From contig CBFFRP010000114.1 of NCBI GenBank assembly GCA_965644295.1, forward strand, positions 9,217-73,216: a stretch of 64,000 nucleotides of DNA, read 5' to 3'. The notes beneath the pieces are model-generated. The model saw nothing but the letters and a program-made list of their open reading frames with translations, ran no database searches and was not told where the DNA came from. Source of the stretch: Paraphysomonas bandaiensis (lineage: Eukaryota > Protista > Chrysophyceae). Position numbers and translations under genes: made by a program. Positions 22,397 through 35,500 of the stretch are shown here, one piece after another (within the stretch, counting starts at the first letter, position 1; each line of letters begins with the position of its first letter).

Positions 22397-25300
22397 GGTA
22401 TTACTGAGTTAATGTCTCTAGGAGTGAAGCTGTGCTTTTATCGTTCTCAGGGATATCTTTGGTACGCAAATGATAAGTAACAATGCGACTCATAAACATC
22501 ACCCGATTTGTAGAACATAGGTAATAAATACCTACACAACTTAGTATGTTTCTTTGAAACAAGGGTAGAGTGTTAAACTGTTGCCGTTCTGAAATTGACA
22601 TTACAAGGATGATCTGGTATCGCAACTGAACTCATATACAAACCCCCTCGTTTTTTAATTGCATTCACTAATTTCTGGTCACTTATTGTCATTCGTATTA
22701 ATGTTGTCGCTGCTACTAGCTAATAGTTAATGATCTTAGAAACGATGTTAAACAGCAGTCAATGTACTTCAGTTTATCTAATCTAATTCGTATCATTTCT
22801 TTAAGTTCGTATGATGTTGTCTTTAACAACACAGAATAAAGGATAGCTACTAGCGATTCACATCAGCAAGCCACAAGTACGTAGTTAGGAGTTAGAAGTA
22901 GGTTGTAGTTTATAGATTGCGATTGTTTATAAGATATTGTAAACTATTGATTGGATGTAATGGCGTTAGTCAATGTAGAAATTTGCAATACTTACTGTAC
23001 GGACCAATGATGTGCCAGGCAAAGAATGCTTAAAACAATTGAATGGCAGATACCATAAAACAAAACGATAATTATTACCGTGAAAAATAATTTTAAATGA
23101 CCTTGAAGTCTCTGCTCTGAATGGCATCGTATTGTTAGCCAACTTACAAAGATAACACCATCATCCATACAGCATGAAAAATATTTGATGACAGCCCAGC
23201 GATATAACCATTCACAGCAATACGTCACGATGAGCATATATTAAAGATCTGATTATTACATGAGAGAACTTATTGCATTTATCTATCTATTACTCTAGAT
23301 AAGTGGTAACATAGATTACGAAATGCTCAGTTGTCTCGGGACTGCTTGTGCATTGCTGCAAGCACCTTGGTGCAACCATCCCTATCGATGAGCATAGAGT
23401 ACAGCATGCCAGGGAAAATATTCTTTCCTGCAAACTGTAGTATGATGAATGTAAGTTGAAAAATTACAAAACAATCATGTTCAAGCTGAAAGCTGAACAT
23501 ATATGGATCACACACAATAGCACCATACGCATCTGAGAAAGCTGATCATGTATGCATCAAAATACCATGAAATATTTTATATATCAGAATTTACAGTTCA
23601 AACTTTATGATAATCCATTCAATACTGCGAGCGGCAAGATATACTTCCACTTTTCACCACCATAGAGTTGTTTAGGTCACTGTACACTCTAATATCACCT
23701 TGTTGTATAGCGCTCATGCCAAACACAATAGTCAACGCTGGCGGGGAATTCCTCGAGTGCTCTCCCGTCTGCGCTTTGACGTGATCTTTTCGACTTTTGG
23801 CCAATATTGCTCCATACAAGTGAGTCATAGTAAGTACTCACACCTTCTGGAATATTCATATTAGTATACAATAAATTGTACATCCTCGTAGTTGGATATA
23901 GAGTGAACGATATGCATCCTCGTGAAAGTACTTGTTGGAGTACCTCTACTCGGCATCCAGATAGCTAACGCACATTCAAGTAAAAGTGAGAGCTTGTAAC
24001 ACAATAATGTCTCCTGGCGTACCAGCTTGGCTCATCCGCGGACCCTACTCACGATACAATTGCCCCCCACCCAATGCGCTGAATATTCTCAGGACCGCCA
24101 TGTTAAGCGTGCATGTCGCACACCTGCAGTCTCAGATACTGCACCCTGTCATCAGATAGGTCATTCCACATAAGGTGACTATCGCCATCGCGTGTCATAC
24201 TTTGAATACGAATAGTCAGACCCGTCGTCAAAAATGCTTTAGAAGCAGCAATTTCCGTTGGATTAGTCGCGGTTCTCATTCGCTCAATTTTTCGATTTGT
24301 ATTAATCATCGCAACCACCGGGATGACATGCTCGGAAAGGAGTGACGAGAAGAATCTCATGGCAAGATCATACTAAACTTTTCACAGAGGCGGTCTCTAT
24401 TCAGCTCCATTTCCAGGTGGTGACTAATAGCGTAGTATCTTCCACCTTCCAGGAGCTCATCATATCTAGATGAAAAAATTATGTCTATATATCTATATAT
24501 CGTTCAAAGTTCTCACCACATTTATAGACATGCTAGAATATTGTCTTCAGCTCATTAGCAAAGAACTCTTTACTATGTCTTTCACTCTCAATAACAGTCA
24601 GTATAATTGTCGATTGCTAATACAAGATTACTGTATTCATTGTATCATCTAGATGAATTCATACAGCGAAGTGAAACCCTTGAGTCATTTTCTGTTACTT
24701 TGGAAAGCATTTGGGATGTAACCATACCTTACCAAAAAAGCCAGAAATCAATATCTGTTTACCCTGTGAAATGCTTACCAAAATGCTTACCCTAGAGAGA
24801 GCGGGGGGGATAAAAATTGGAATGCTTACCAGGTAGTTATTTTATCTGGGTAAGCATTTTGGTAAGCATTTATACACTATATATATGATATTAAACACAT
24901 TTGCTGAAAGCATGAGTGATAGTGAGTCTAGTCACTCTAATTTAGACTTGTTGCCTGATGTGGATGCAACTTCCACACAACCCAGCAAGAAATACAAGCA
25001 CCAGCACCCAGATCCTGTCGACAACACTCTCAAAGAATGCGATCCTGAGGATGAAATGGAATCGCGGGCAAGCGTTCTGTTCTCTCATCGAATCAAGTCT
25101 GCTCACAAGAAGGATATATATCTCATGATATTCAATTTCGTATGTTGCAAGACGTATGAATACCTCACACAGGAGGTTCAGAGACTACATACAAAGGAAT
25201 AGTACATAATTCTGTATAATGAATGAAGAGATGTGTATGTGAGACTATACTATAGTCAAGTCATCCCTTGAGTATATATGACTGGAAAATTCTTGGAATT

Positions 25301-26597
25301 TTAGTGAGTACTATTCTGAAGAAGGTAACCACAAAAGAGTGTATAAATATCAATCATTGAGTAATAAGATGAAGTTAAGTGAAGCTCCAAGAGGGTCTAT
25401 ATATCCATACATGCCAGTTGATTGATATCTAGTGAAGACTGTAGTTATATCTGTTCTTATCATCATCTTTATTAAATGAAATAAAGATCTTTTTCATTCT
25501 CTTATTGGGATTTTATATTAGTTTAAACTATGACTGATCTACTGAGCTCTTCATATATATACATACATACATATAGATAGATAGGTTTAAGTTGTGATCG
25601 TATTGACATCCTTTGCATATTTTTTGTTCCAAGATGCCTCTAATATTGAGGCAACAATTGTCTGTATTTCAGCCGTAGTTGTATATCAGTAATATAGAGG
25701 AATTTTGATTCAATTTTTTTCCGAAAAAATTAGATGCTGACTGCTGATACGATGTTATATGTGGACATACATACATACATTATAGACAGCAGTATGTCCT
25801 ACAAAATGGCCTTATTCTGTAGGATAATAAAGGAAAAAACATAAAAATCAGGGATTTTCCTGTATTTCATACATTATATACAGCAGTATATCCTACAAAA
25901 ATGACCTTATCCTGAAGGATAATAATGTAAGCACCTAAAAACCAGGTATTTTCCTGTATTTAGGGTTTCTCCACAGCAGTTTCTACAACAAGCTTCGAGA
26001 AAATACGGTACACCCCACATCGTACCCCAGCAAAAAAAAGGATACCCCCACCCCAGATTTCAGATTTCTCTCAAAATCACCTCCAAAATAATGATTTTCA
26101 AGATTTTATGTATAAAAATTGCCATATTTTGTAAGGACACTTGTGGGTATACCATACATCCATACATACATCTGTACATACACATGCCTATCATAGCCAC
26201 TGAGGTTATATATATACATGTACCCACCTCTCCCTCCATACTCAGTCAGTGTTTCAAAGATCTTGATATTAGAATCATACAACAGACCATTCTAACATAT
26301 CCATACCATTCAATATGAATCATTTCTATTTATAAATGATATCTTAATGTTACTTATTCTCTCATAGTTTCCTATACATCTCTATCTATCTATGTATCTC
26401 TCTATCTATCTATCTATGTATGTATGTATGTATGTATGTATGAACAGGGAGAGTCCCATTCAAAAAGGGGTTGAATAAAGATATATGGATATAAATTATA
26501 CAGTTAACTGATAAATTTTCTATTATTTTTCTCATATTTTGATTTGATTTCAACAAAAACAAGAACTGAATTTGAATATAGTTACATATATATATAT

Positions 26598-29500
26598 ATG
26601 AGTTTGTTGAGGAAGTGTGGATCATCGTATCTTATTGTGTTTATATATACTATACATATAGTTAGTTCCGTTAACATGTCGTGTCACGGAAATTATTGTT
26701 TGTGGTTATCTACAAAAGTTTCAAATTGGGTAGAATCACAGGAGAATTGTGCAACTGATGGTGGTGCACTCATGACCTTTCGCAATGATGATGCAGTCCC
26801 CATCGCACCGTTACTACAAACTTTATCGGTTAAATGGAAGGAATCAGTGTTCTATTTTATCGGCGAATCTTCAATGGAGAAGGAATCCGTTGTAGCATGG
26901 CGAGTCATTGGGTCGAATTCATTGGAAATTTCATTACCTCGAAGTAGCAGTGTACCCAGCAATTATCGTCCTTGTCATAACTTTGTAAATCTATCGATTA
27001 GTTATTTCTGTCCATGCGACTTAGCTATCAGAGCCGTATGTGAGGTCATGAAGAGTGTTCCCACTGCTGTGGGAAAGAAGTGCTTTGGCTCTTCCTGTTT
27101 CTCTCTTGTGGGGCCGTCTTCATGGAAAGTGGCTCAACAGGAGTGCTCGTCCGCTGGAGGAAAATTGGTTCCTCCTGCGGATCGAATTGCTGAATATGAT
27201 TTTGTATGGGTTCATGTGCTTTCACTTCAGTCACCACACTCTATATGGATGAATCACGTCGATGTTTGGAAGATGGAAAGTAGAGCTCCGAGAAAGTTGG
27301 GGCAGGACGAGGATAACCATGGCGGGCTTACCGAATCGGTAGTTGTGAAAAAGTACCCTATTGAAAAGCTGGGCAGTATTGATATTATAACCGAGGAAGG
27401 ATGCTCAGTACTGATTTTGACGATCCCTCGTGCTGACAGAAGGGATGGGAGTATATGCTCTCAACGTCATTATGGTGTGTGTGAAATTCCTCTGCAATAC
27501 TCCTCTCGTCTTACATCCAATCGACTGAGCACTATGTCTCCAGCTGCAGCTACATATCGTATTCGAAAGGCTTCATCTACTCTTATGGCCGACACAGTAC
27601 ATCGGCGCCTGGACTATAACACCGTGGAAGACGCGGCATTGTGTGATATCATTGCGGCGACAGATATCAGCTCAAAACGGTCTGAATGGACCTGCGGAAA
27701 TGTAACGAATAAATGTAGTTTTAATGGGGCTACCTGTTCAGGATCTAATATTATATCATTGGACTTAAGCAGTGTTGGTATTTCAGGAACTCTCCCGTCC
27801 TCCATTGGCGATATGACCATGTTGACAAATTTGGATATGCAATCCAACTCTCTCGACAGCAGTCTGCCCTCATCGTTAGGTCAGCTGACATCCCTTGTTA
27901 CACTTTCTATGTATGGCAATTTCTTGTCGGGTCCTCTCCCGTCATCTATCGGTAATATGACTGCCTTGACTTATGTGAGTTTATCAGACAACCCTCTTGG
28001 CAGCACCCTGCCCTCATCAATTGGTCGTTTGACTTCTCTTGTATCCCTTTCTCTGTTCGACAGTTCATTAACGGGTTCTCTCCCGTCATCCATCGGTGAT
28101 ATGACTGCATTGACTTATTTGACTCTGCAATCCAATTCTCTTAACAATAGCCTGCCCTCATCGTTGGGTCAGCTGACTTCTCTTGAAGTGCTCAATCTAA
28201 ATAGCAATTCTTTTACGGGTCCTCTCCCAGACTCCTTTTCTAGTCTATCTAAATTAGAAGTATTAAATGTTGAAGATAATCTGTTGACTGGAGTTTACCC
28301 ATCAGAGCTGTGCGCAATGACTCAATTAACAAGTTTCTACCTCACACAAACTACTTATCATGAATGCGTGAGACCCACTTCTACACCTACTCCTTTCCCT
28401 ACCCTGGACTATAACACCGTGGAAGACGCGGCATTGTGTGATATCATTGCGGCGACAGATATCAGCTCAAAACGGTCTGAATGGACCTGCGGAAATGTAA
28501 CGAATAAATGTAGTTTTAATGGGGCTACCTGTTCAGGATCTAATATTATATCATTGGACTTAAGCAGTGTTGGTATTTCAGGAACTCTCCCGTCCTCCAT
28601 TGGCGATATGACCATGTTGACTTATTTGAAGTTTGTTTACAACTCCCTTGACAGCAGTCTGCCCTCATCACTGGGCCAGCTGACTTCTCTGGAAGTGCTC
28701 AATCTGGATAGCAATTCCTTAACGGGTCCTCTCCCGTCATCCATCGGTGATATGACTGCATTGACTTTTCTTGATATAGGTCTAAACTCTCTTGACAACA
28801 CCCTGCCCTCATCATTGGGTCAGTTGACTTTACTTCGTCACCTCTATATTGCTAGCAATTCTTTCACGGGTTCACTCCCGTCATCCATTGTTGATATGAC
28901 TTCATTGACGTTTTTTAATGTAGCTTCCAATTCCCTCTCCAGTTGTTTGCTTTCGTCATTAGGTGAACTGACTTCTATTGTTCATCTCCACCTATATGGC
29001 AATTCCTTTACGGGTCGTCTTCCTGCATCCATCGGTGATATGGCCGCATTGACGTATATGAACATTGCTGCAAACTCTCTTAACAGCACCCTGCCCTCAT
29101 CATTGGGTCAGCTAACTTCTCTTGCTAATCTACAGCTGTATTACAATTTTTTGACGGGCCCTCTCCCGTCTTCCATCGGTGATATGACTGCATTGACGTT
29201 TTTGCATATAGGTATAAACTCTCTCGACAGCGCCCTGCCCTCATCATTGGGACAACTGACGTCTTTGGCTGCTCTAGAGATGCAGTCCAATTCCTTAACG
29301 GGTTCTCTCCCGTCATCCATCGGCGATATGGCTGCATTATCAAGTCTATATTTAAATTCCAACTCTCTTAACAATAGCCTGCCCTCATCGTTGGGTCAGC
29401 TGACTTCTCTTGAAGTGCTCTATCTGAATAGCAATTCTTTTACGGGTCCTCTCCCAGACTCCTTTTCTAGTCTATCTAAATTAGAAGTATTAAATGTTGA

Positions 29501-32500
29501 AGATAATCTGTTGACTGGAGTTTACCCATCAGAGCTATGCGCAATGACTCAATTAACAAGTTTCTACCTCACACAAACTACTTATCATGAATGCGTGAGA
29601 CCCACTTCTGCGCCGACTTCTTTCCCTTCAGGGCAACCATCAGGCCAACCAACTGGACAGCCATCTGGAGAACCTACAGTGCAGCCATCCGGTCTACCTT
29701 CTGGACAGCCATCTTGTCAACCTACAAGACAACCAACCAGTGCACCATCCGGTCTACCTTCTGGACAACCATCTTGTCAACCTACAGGGCAACCAACTAG
29801 TGAACCTACAGGACAACCAACTAGTGAACCTTCAGGGCAACCTACAGTACAGCCATCCGGTCTACCTACAGGGCAACCAACTAGTGAACCTACAGGACAA
29901 CCAACTAGTGAACCTTCAGGGCAACCTACAGTACAGCCATCCGGTCTACCTTCTGGACAACCATCTTGTCAACCTACTGGGCAACCAACTTGTGAACCGA
30001 CTGGACAACCTACAGTGCAGCCATCCGGTCTACCTTCTGGAAAGCCTTCCGGTCTACCTACAGGGCAACCAACTAGTGAACCTACAGGACAACCAACTAG
30101 TGAACCTTCAGGGCAACCTACAGTGCAGCCATCCGGCCTACCTTCTGGACAACCATCTTGTCAACCTACTGGGCAACCAACTTGTGAACCGACTGGACAA
30201 CCTACAGTGCAGCCATCCGGTCTACCTTCTGGAAAGCCTTCCGGTCTACCTACAGGGCAACCAACTAGTGAACCTACAGGACAACCAACTAGTGAACCTT
30301 CAGGGCAACCTACAGTGCAGCCATCCGGCCTACCTTCTGGACAACCATCTTGTCAACCTACTGGGCAACCAACTTGTGAACCGACTGGACAACCTACAGT
30401 GCAGCCATCCGGTCTACCTTCTGGAAAGCCATCTAGTCAACCTACAGGACAACCAACTATTGAACCTTCAGGGCAACCTACTGTGCAGCCATCTAGTCAA
30501 CCTACAGGCCAACCAACTAGTGCACCATCCGGTCTACCTTCTGGAGAACCTACGACGCAGCCATCCAGTCAACCTACAGGACAACCATCTGGAGAACCTA
30601 CAGTGCAGCCATCTAGTCACCCTACAGGCCAACCATCTAGTTCACCATCTTGTCAACCTACAGGACAACCAACTAGTGCACCATCCGGTCTACCTTCTGG
30701 ACAACCATCTGGAGAACCTACGGTTCAGCCATCTAGCCAACCTACAGGACAGCCAACTAGTTCACCATCTGGACAACCTACAGGTCAACCAACTAGTGCA
30801 CCATCCGGTCTACCTACTGGACAACCATCTAGAGAACCTACGGCTCAGCCATCTAGTCAACCTACAGGACAACCATCTGGAGAACCTACAATGCAGCCAT
30901 CTTTTCAACCTACAGGACAACCAACTAGTTCACCATCTGGACAACCTACAGGACAACCAACTAGTGCACCATCCGGTCTACCTTCTGGACAACCATCTGG
31001 AGAACCTACGGCTCAGCCATCTAGTCAACCTACAGGACAGCCATCTGGAGAACCTACAATGCAGCCATCTTTTCAACCTACAGGACAACCAACTAGTTCA
31101 CCATCTGGACAACCTACAGGACAACCAACTAGTGCACCATCCGGTCTACCTTCTGGACAACCATCTAGAGAACCTACGGCTCAGCCATCTAGTCAACCTA
31201 CAGGCCAACCAACTAGTGCACCATCCGGTCTACCTTCTGGAGAACCTACGACGCAGCCATCCAGTCAACCTACAGGACAACCATCTGGAGAACCTACAGT
31301 GCAGCCATCTAGTCACCCTACAGGCCAACCATCTAGTTCACCATCTTGTCAACCTACAGGACAACCAACTAGTGCACCATCCGGTCTACCTTCTGGACAA
31401 CCATCTGGAGAACCTACGGTTCAGCCATCTAGCCAACCTACAGGACAGCCAACTAGTTCACCATCTGGACAACCTACAGGTCAACCAACTAGTGCACCAT
31501 CCGGTCTACCTACTGGACAACCATCTAGAGAACCTACGGCTCAGCCATCTAGTCAACCTACAGGACAACCATCTGGAGAACCTACAATGCAGCCATCTTT
31601 TCAACCTACAGGACAACCAACTAGTTCACCATCTGGACAACCTACAGGACAACCAACTAGTGCACCATCCGGTCTACCTTCTGGACAACCATCTGGAGAA
31701 CCTACGGCTCAGCCATCTAGTCAACCTACAGGACAGCCATCTGGAGAACCTACAATGCAGCCATCTTTTCAACCTACAGGACAACCAACTAGTTCACCAT
31801 CTGGACAACCTACAGGACAACCAACTAGTGCACCATCCGGTCTACCTTCTGGACAACCATCTAGAGAACCTACGGCTCAGCCATCTAGTCAACCTACAGG
31901 ACAACCATCTGGAAAACCTACAGGACAGCCATCTTGTCAACCTACAGGACAACCAACTAGTTCACCATCTGGACAACCTACAGGACAACCAACTAGTGCA
32001 CCATCCGGTCTACCTTCTGGACAGCCATCTAGAGAACCTACAGTGCAACCATCCTGTCAACCTACAGGACAGCCATCTGGAAAACCTACAGGACAACCAT
32101 CTAGTTCACCATCTTGTCAACCTACAGGACAACCAACTAGTTCACCATCCGGTCTACCTTCTGGACAACCATCTGGAGAACCTACAACGCAGCCATCCAG
32201 TCAACCTACAGGACAACCATCTGTACAACCTACCGGACAGCCATCTGGAAAACCTACAGGACAACCAACTAGTGCACCATCCGGTCTACCTTCTGGAGAA
32301 CCTATAGTGCAGCCATCCAGTCAACCTACAGGACAACCATCTGGAGAACCTACAACGCAGCCATCTAGTCACCCTACAGGACAACCATCCCGTCAACCTT
32401 CAATGGAGCCGTCACTTCCAGAATATTGGTCTTTTCCATCGACTTTTGCTCCTTCTCTGTTTCCATCACCTGATATAATGCAGATTGACTGGACTGCATA

Positions 32501-35500
32501 TCGAAATCGCGTTACGCTTTCTATTCAGCTCTCAGACAGAGGGTATGTGTATTGCGCAATGTTTAAATCAATGGAAATTCCCGACTCTGTATCTGCTGTA
32601 ATTGCTGCGAATAATTATGACTATGTGGGCAACGCTGCTGTGGACGCCGTAATCACAATAACGTCGCTGATGCCATCCACGAATTACACGCTCTATTGTG
32701 TCGCTAAACACGACCTTCTGATAGCTACATCGTATGAAGAAATGCTCTCAAATGCTCTCTTTTTGAAAACTCTCTGTTGTAAAAGCATTTTTGTGGATTT
32801 GAATATGTTTGTGCTGCAAGAACAAAGTGTAGGCTGGAATTTGGTTGCGCTGACCCTTTCTGCTGCTCCATCACAGAGCAGTGATGTGCGGTTATCTGTT
32901 GAGGTGACTAATAGCAGTGGTTCGTATAGTTCATTCCCCTTTCTCACAGACACTGTGACTGTCACGCCTTCCTCGTGGTCGAAAACACATCTCTTCACTG
33001 TCGCCGACAGCGCGCCGGGACTATACACACTGCAGGTGGCTATGATGGTTTCTGCAGTGCAACAGGAGTATGATGTTGTGTTCCGAAGTGGACACACATT
33101 CATTGTAGAGACCATTGCAGCAGAGCCCAGCACCCCTCGTTTAACTTCAGCGCAGTTCTCGAAGAGTGGTGAGTCCGCTACCCTGAAATTTGATTCGCCT
33201 ACAGACAAGGCGGGATATTCCTCATATTTTAAGTGCTCTCTTCTCCTGAATGTAGCTGGGGCTGCATCATCAGACTGCCTCTGGACCTCTGCCACCACAC
33301 TGACTGTGTATTTCAAAGGCTCTCTTCTTCCTGAAGTAGGTGACACTGTGGTGCTGCTGCGAAATACGCTGCGAGCTCAATGCACTTCCGCGGCGTCGGA
33401 GTGTACAGGATGGGCCACTGTGAACAGAACAGAGATGATTTTCACTCCCCCCTCTGACCCCATCTCACCGACTCTCGTCGTGACTTACCCGAAAGTCTCT
33501 GGTCTCTGCGACAGCCCTGTGATAGATATGACCGCCTCCTCTGGTTCAGGTGGTCGACCATGGAAACATTTTAACATCACTGTGACCAGTGCTAGCGATA
33601 CTGTTGACTCACTTCAGATATGGCTTGCAGAGAATTACGTGATTAGTCCACCACCTGCAATTCCCGCCCAACTACTACAAGGTGGGTATAGGTACATCTT
33701 TGAGCTGTGGCTTTGCAACTTTCTCGATGAATGCAGTTCTACCAATGTTATCATAAAATCCGTAAACGATAACCTGCCGTACGTTTCTATAGTGGGACAA
33801 CTCTCTCGACAGATAAACACTTACACTCCTTTACTACTGCAGTCGAACGCCTTTCTAGCTGACTGCGACGGTTCTGTATTTTATTCCAACCTAAACTATG
33901 ATTGGAAAATATTCGAAAGTGAAGCGGAACGCTCTGGATTAGTATCTCTGTCGAGTGATGCAAGAAAATTTAAGTTGCCACCCTATTCTTTGAACGTTAG
34001 CTCTGTTTACGAAGTAAAGTTATCCGTGACAAACTCACTGTCGGGACTGTCGTCGTCAGCAGAAGTATATGTGTCAGTAGTTCCGGCCAATATTGTGGCA
34101 GTCATTGGGGGAGGATCACAGCAATCTTTGCCAATCGGTGGGAGTGTGCTATTGGATGCTTCTGACAGTTATGATGAAGATGTTCCACCCGAATTACGCC
34201 CTCACACTAATTATAGTGGGTTTGAATTCCGTTGGACTTGTATGCAGTTGTTACCTGCCCTCCTTCTGCAGTGTGATGATTTGAACATGCAATCTAATGT
34301 CACAACTCCATATTTACTACGAATATTTACAACGAATAATACGATGGTGAACTCGGAATATTCGATTGCTGTGAAGGTGCTCAGCGTTGCTGATGGCAGG
34401 CAAGCAGAGAGCTCAGTGGTCGTGCGAGTGGCTGAAGCATTGGCTCCGATTGTGTCCATAGGGAGGGACGGGGTAGTGAGCAGTATCAACCCGTCATCAT
34501 CTCTGGTTTTAATGGGAACTGTGCAACTAACTGTCGTCCAATCAGCTTTTTGGACTATCAACGAGCCATCTGTTGATCTGGCTTCTAGAACATCTACGGC
34601 GACAAATGCATCACTATCGAAAGGTTTGCACTCCATGATTTTGGTTGTCAGTGCCGGATCTATACCTGGCCGGTCGGTACCTTATGTGTTTACACTTACC
34701 TGTGGCTCGTCCACAGCATCATTGGAAGTGACATTCAATATTCCTCCTCAGCCTGGTTTCCTTTCAGTATTCCCATCCTTAGGTATAGCGTGGGATACGA
34801 CGTTTACACTCACTGCAGAGTCTTGGTCTGATGAGGACTTGCCTTTGTCTTATATATTTGGCTATGTGGAAGGTGGGCAATATCCGGTTGTAAGGAGTCG
34901 GATGGAGATATCTTATACGAGCTCCACGTTTCCAATTGGGGACAGCACGAATGGACACGCACTGTTGTGTTATGTATCTGTGGTGGATAGCTTGGATGCT
35001 GTTTCTCGGTTGCAGACATCAGTTGTGGTTCGTTCCAATACAGCCCTCTCGGCAACTTTAGCAAGCGAAAAGTTTCAATTGGAATTGGAATCGAGTGGAA
35101 ACAATATTGATTTGACAAAGCGAATCCTCTCATTGTCCAGTTCTTACCTAAATACTAAAAACTGCTCCTTAGCACCCAACTGTACTGATATAAACCGCCA
35201 TGAATGTTTTAGTGTTGATCATACATGTGGATCATGCTTGGCTGGGTATGTGGGTGAAGAGGGTGCGTCGAATCATGGCTGCGTTTCTGAAAGTGATTTG
35301 TCAGAAGTTTCTCCGGGGGCATTTTGTGACGCTGACTCTGACTGCAGTGTATGGGAGTATTGTAAGATTACGGAGTCACCTCCCATTTGTGATTATCTTC
35401 TCAAGACATGTACTAGTAATTGCTCGCATCGCGGCACTTGCCTACTTCAGGACAGTGACAACGGAGCTGCTGTGTCTGAGTGTCGATTGATTGACTCTTC

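Noticed and set aside
23000-24700. Possible decayed minus-strand gene or transposase
   Set aside because: No motif that I can identify with confidence.
29740-32307. 855-aa NLQDNHL ORF
   Set aside because: Alternative frame of the 12-nt PT repeat, confined to the array.
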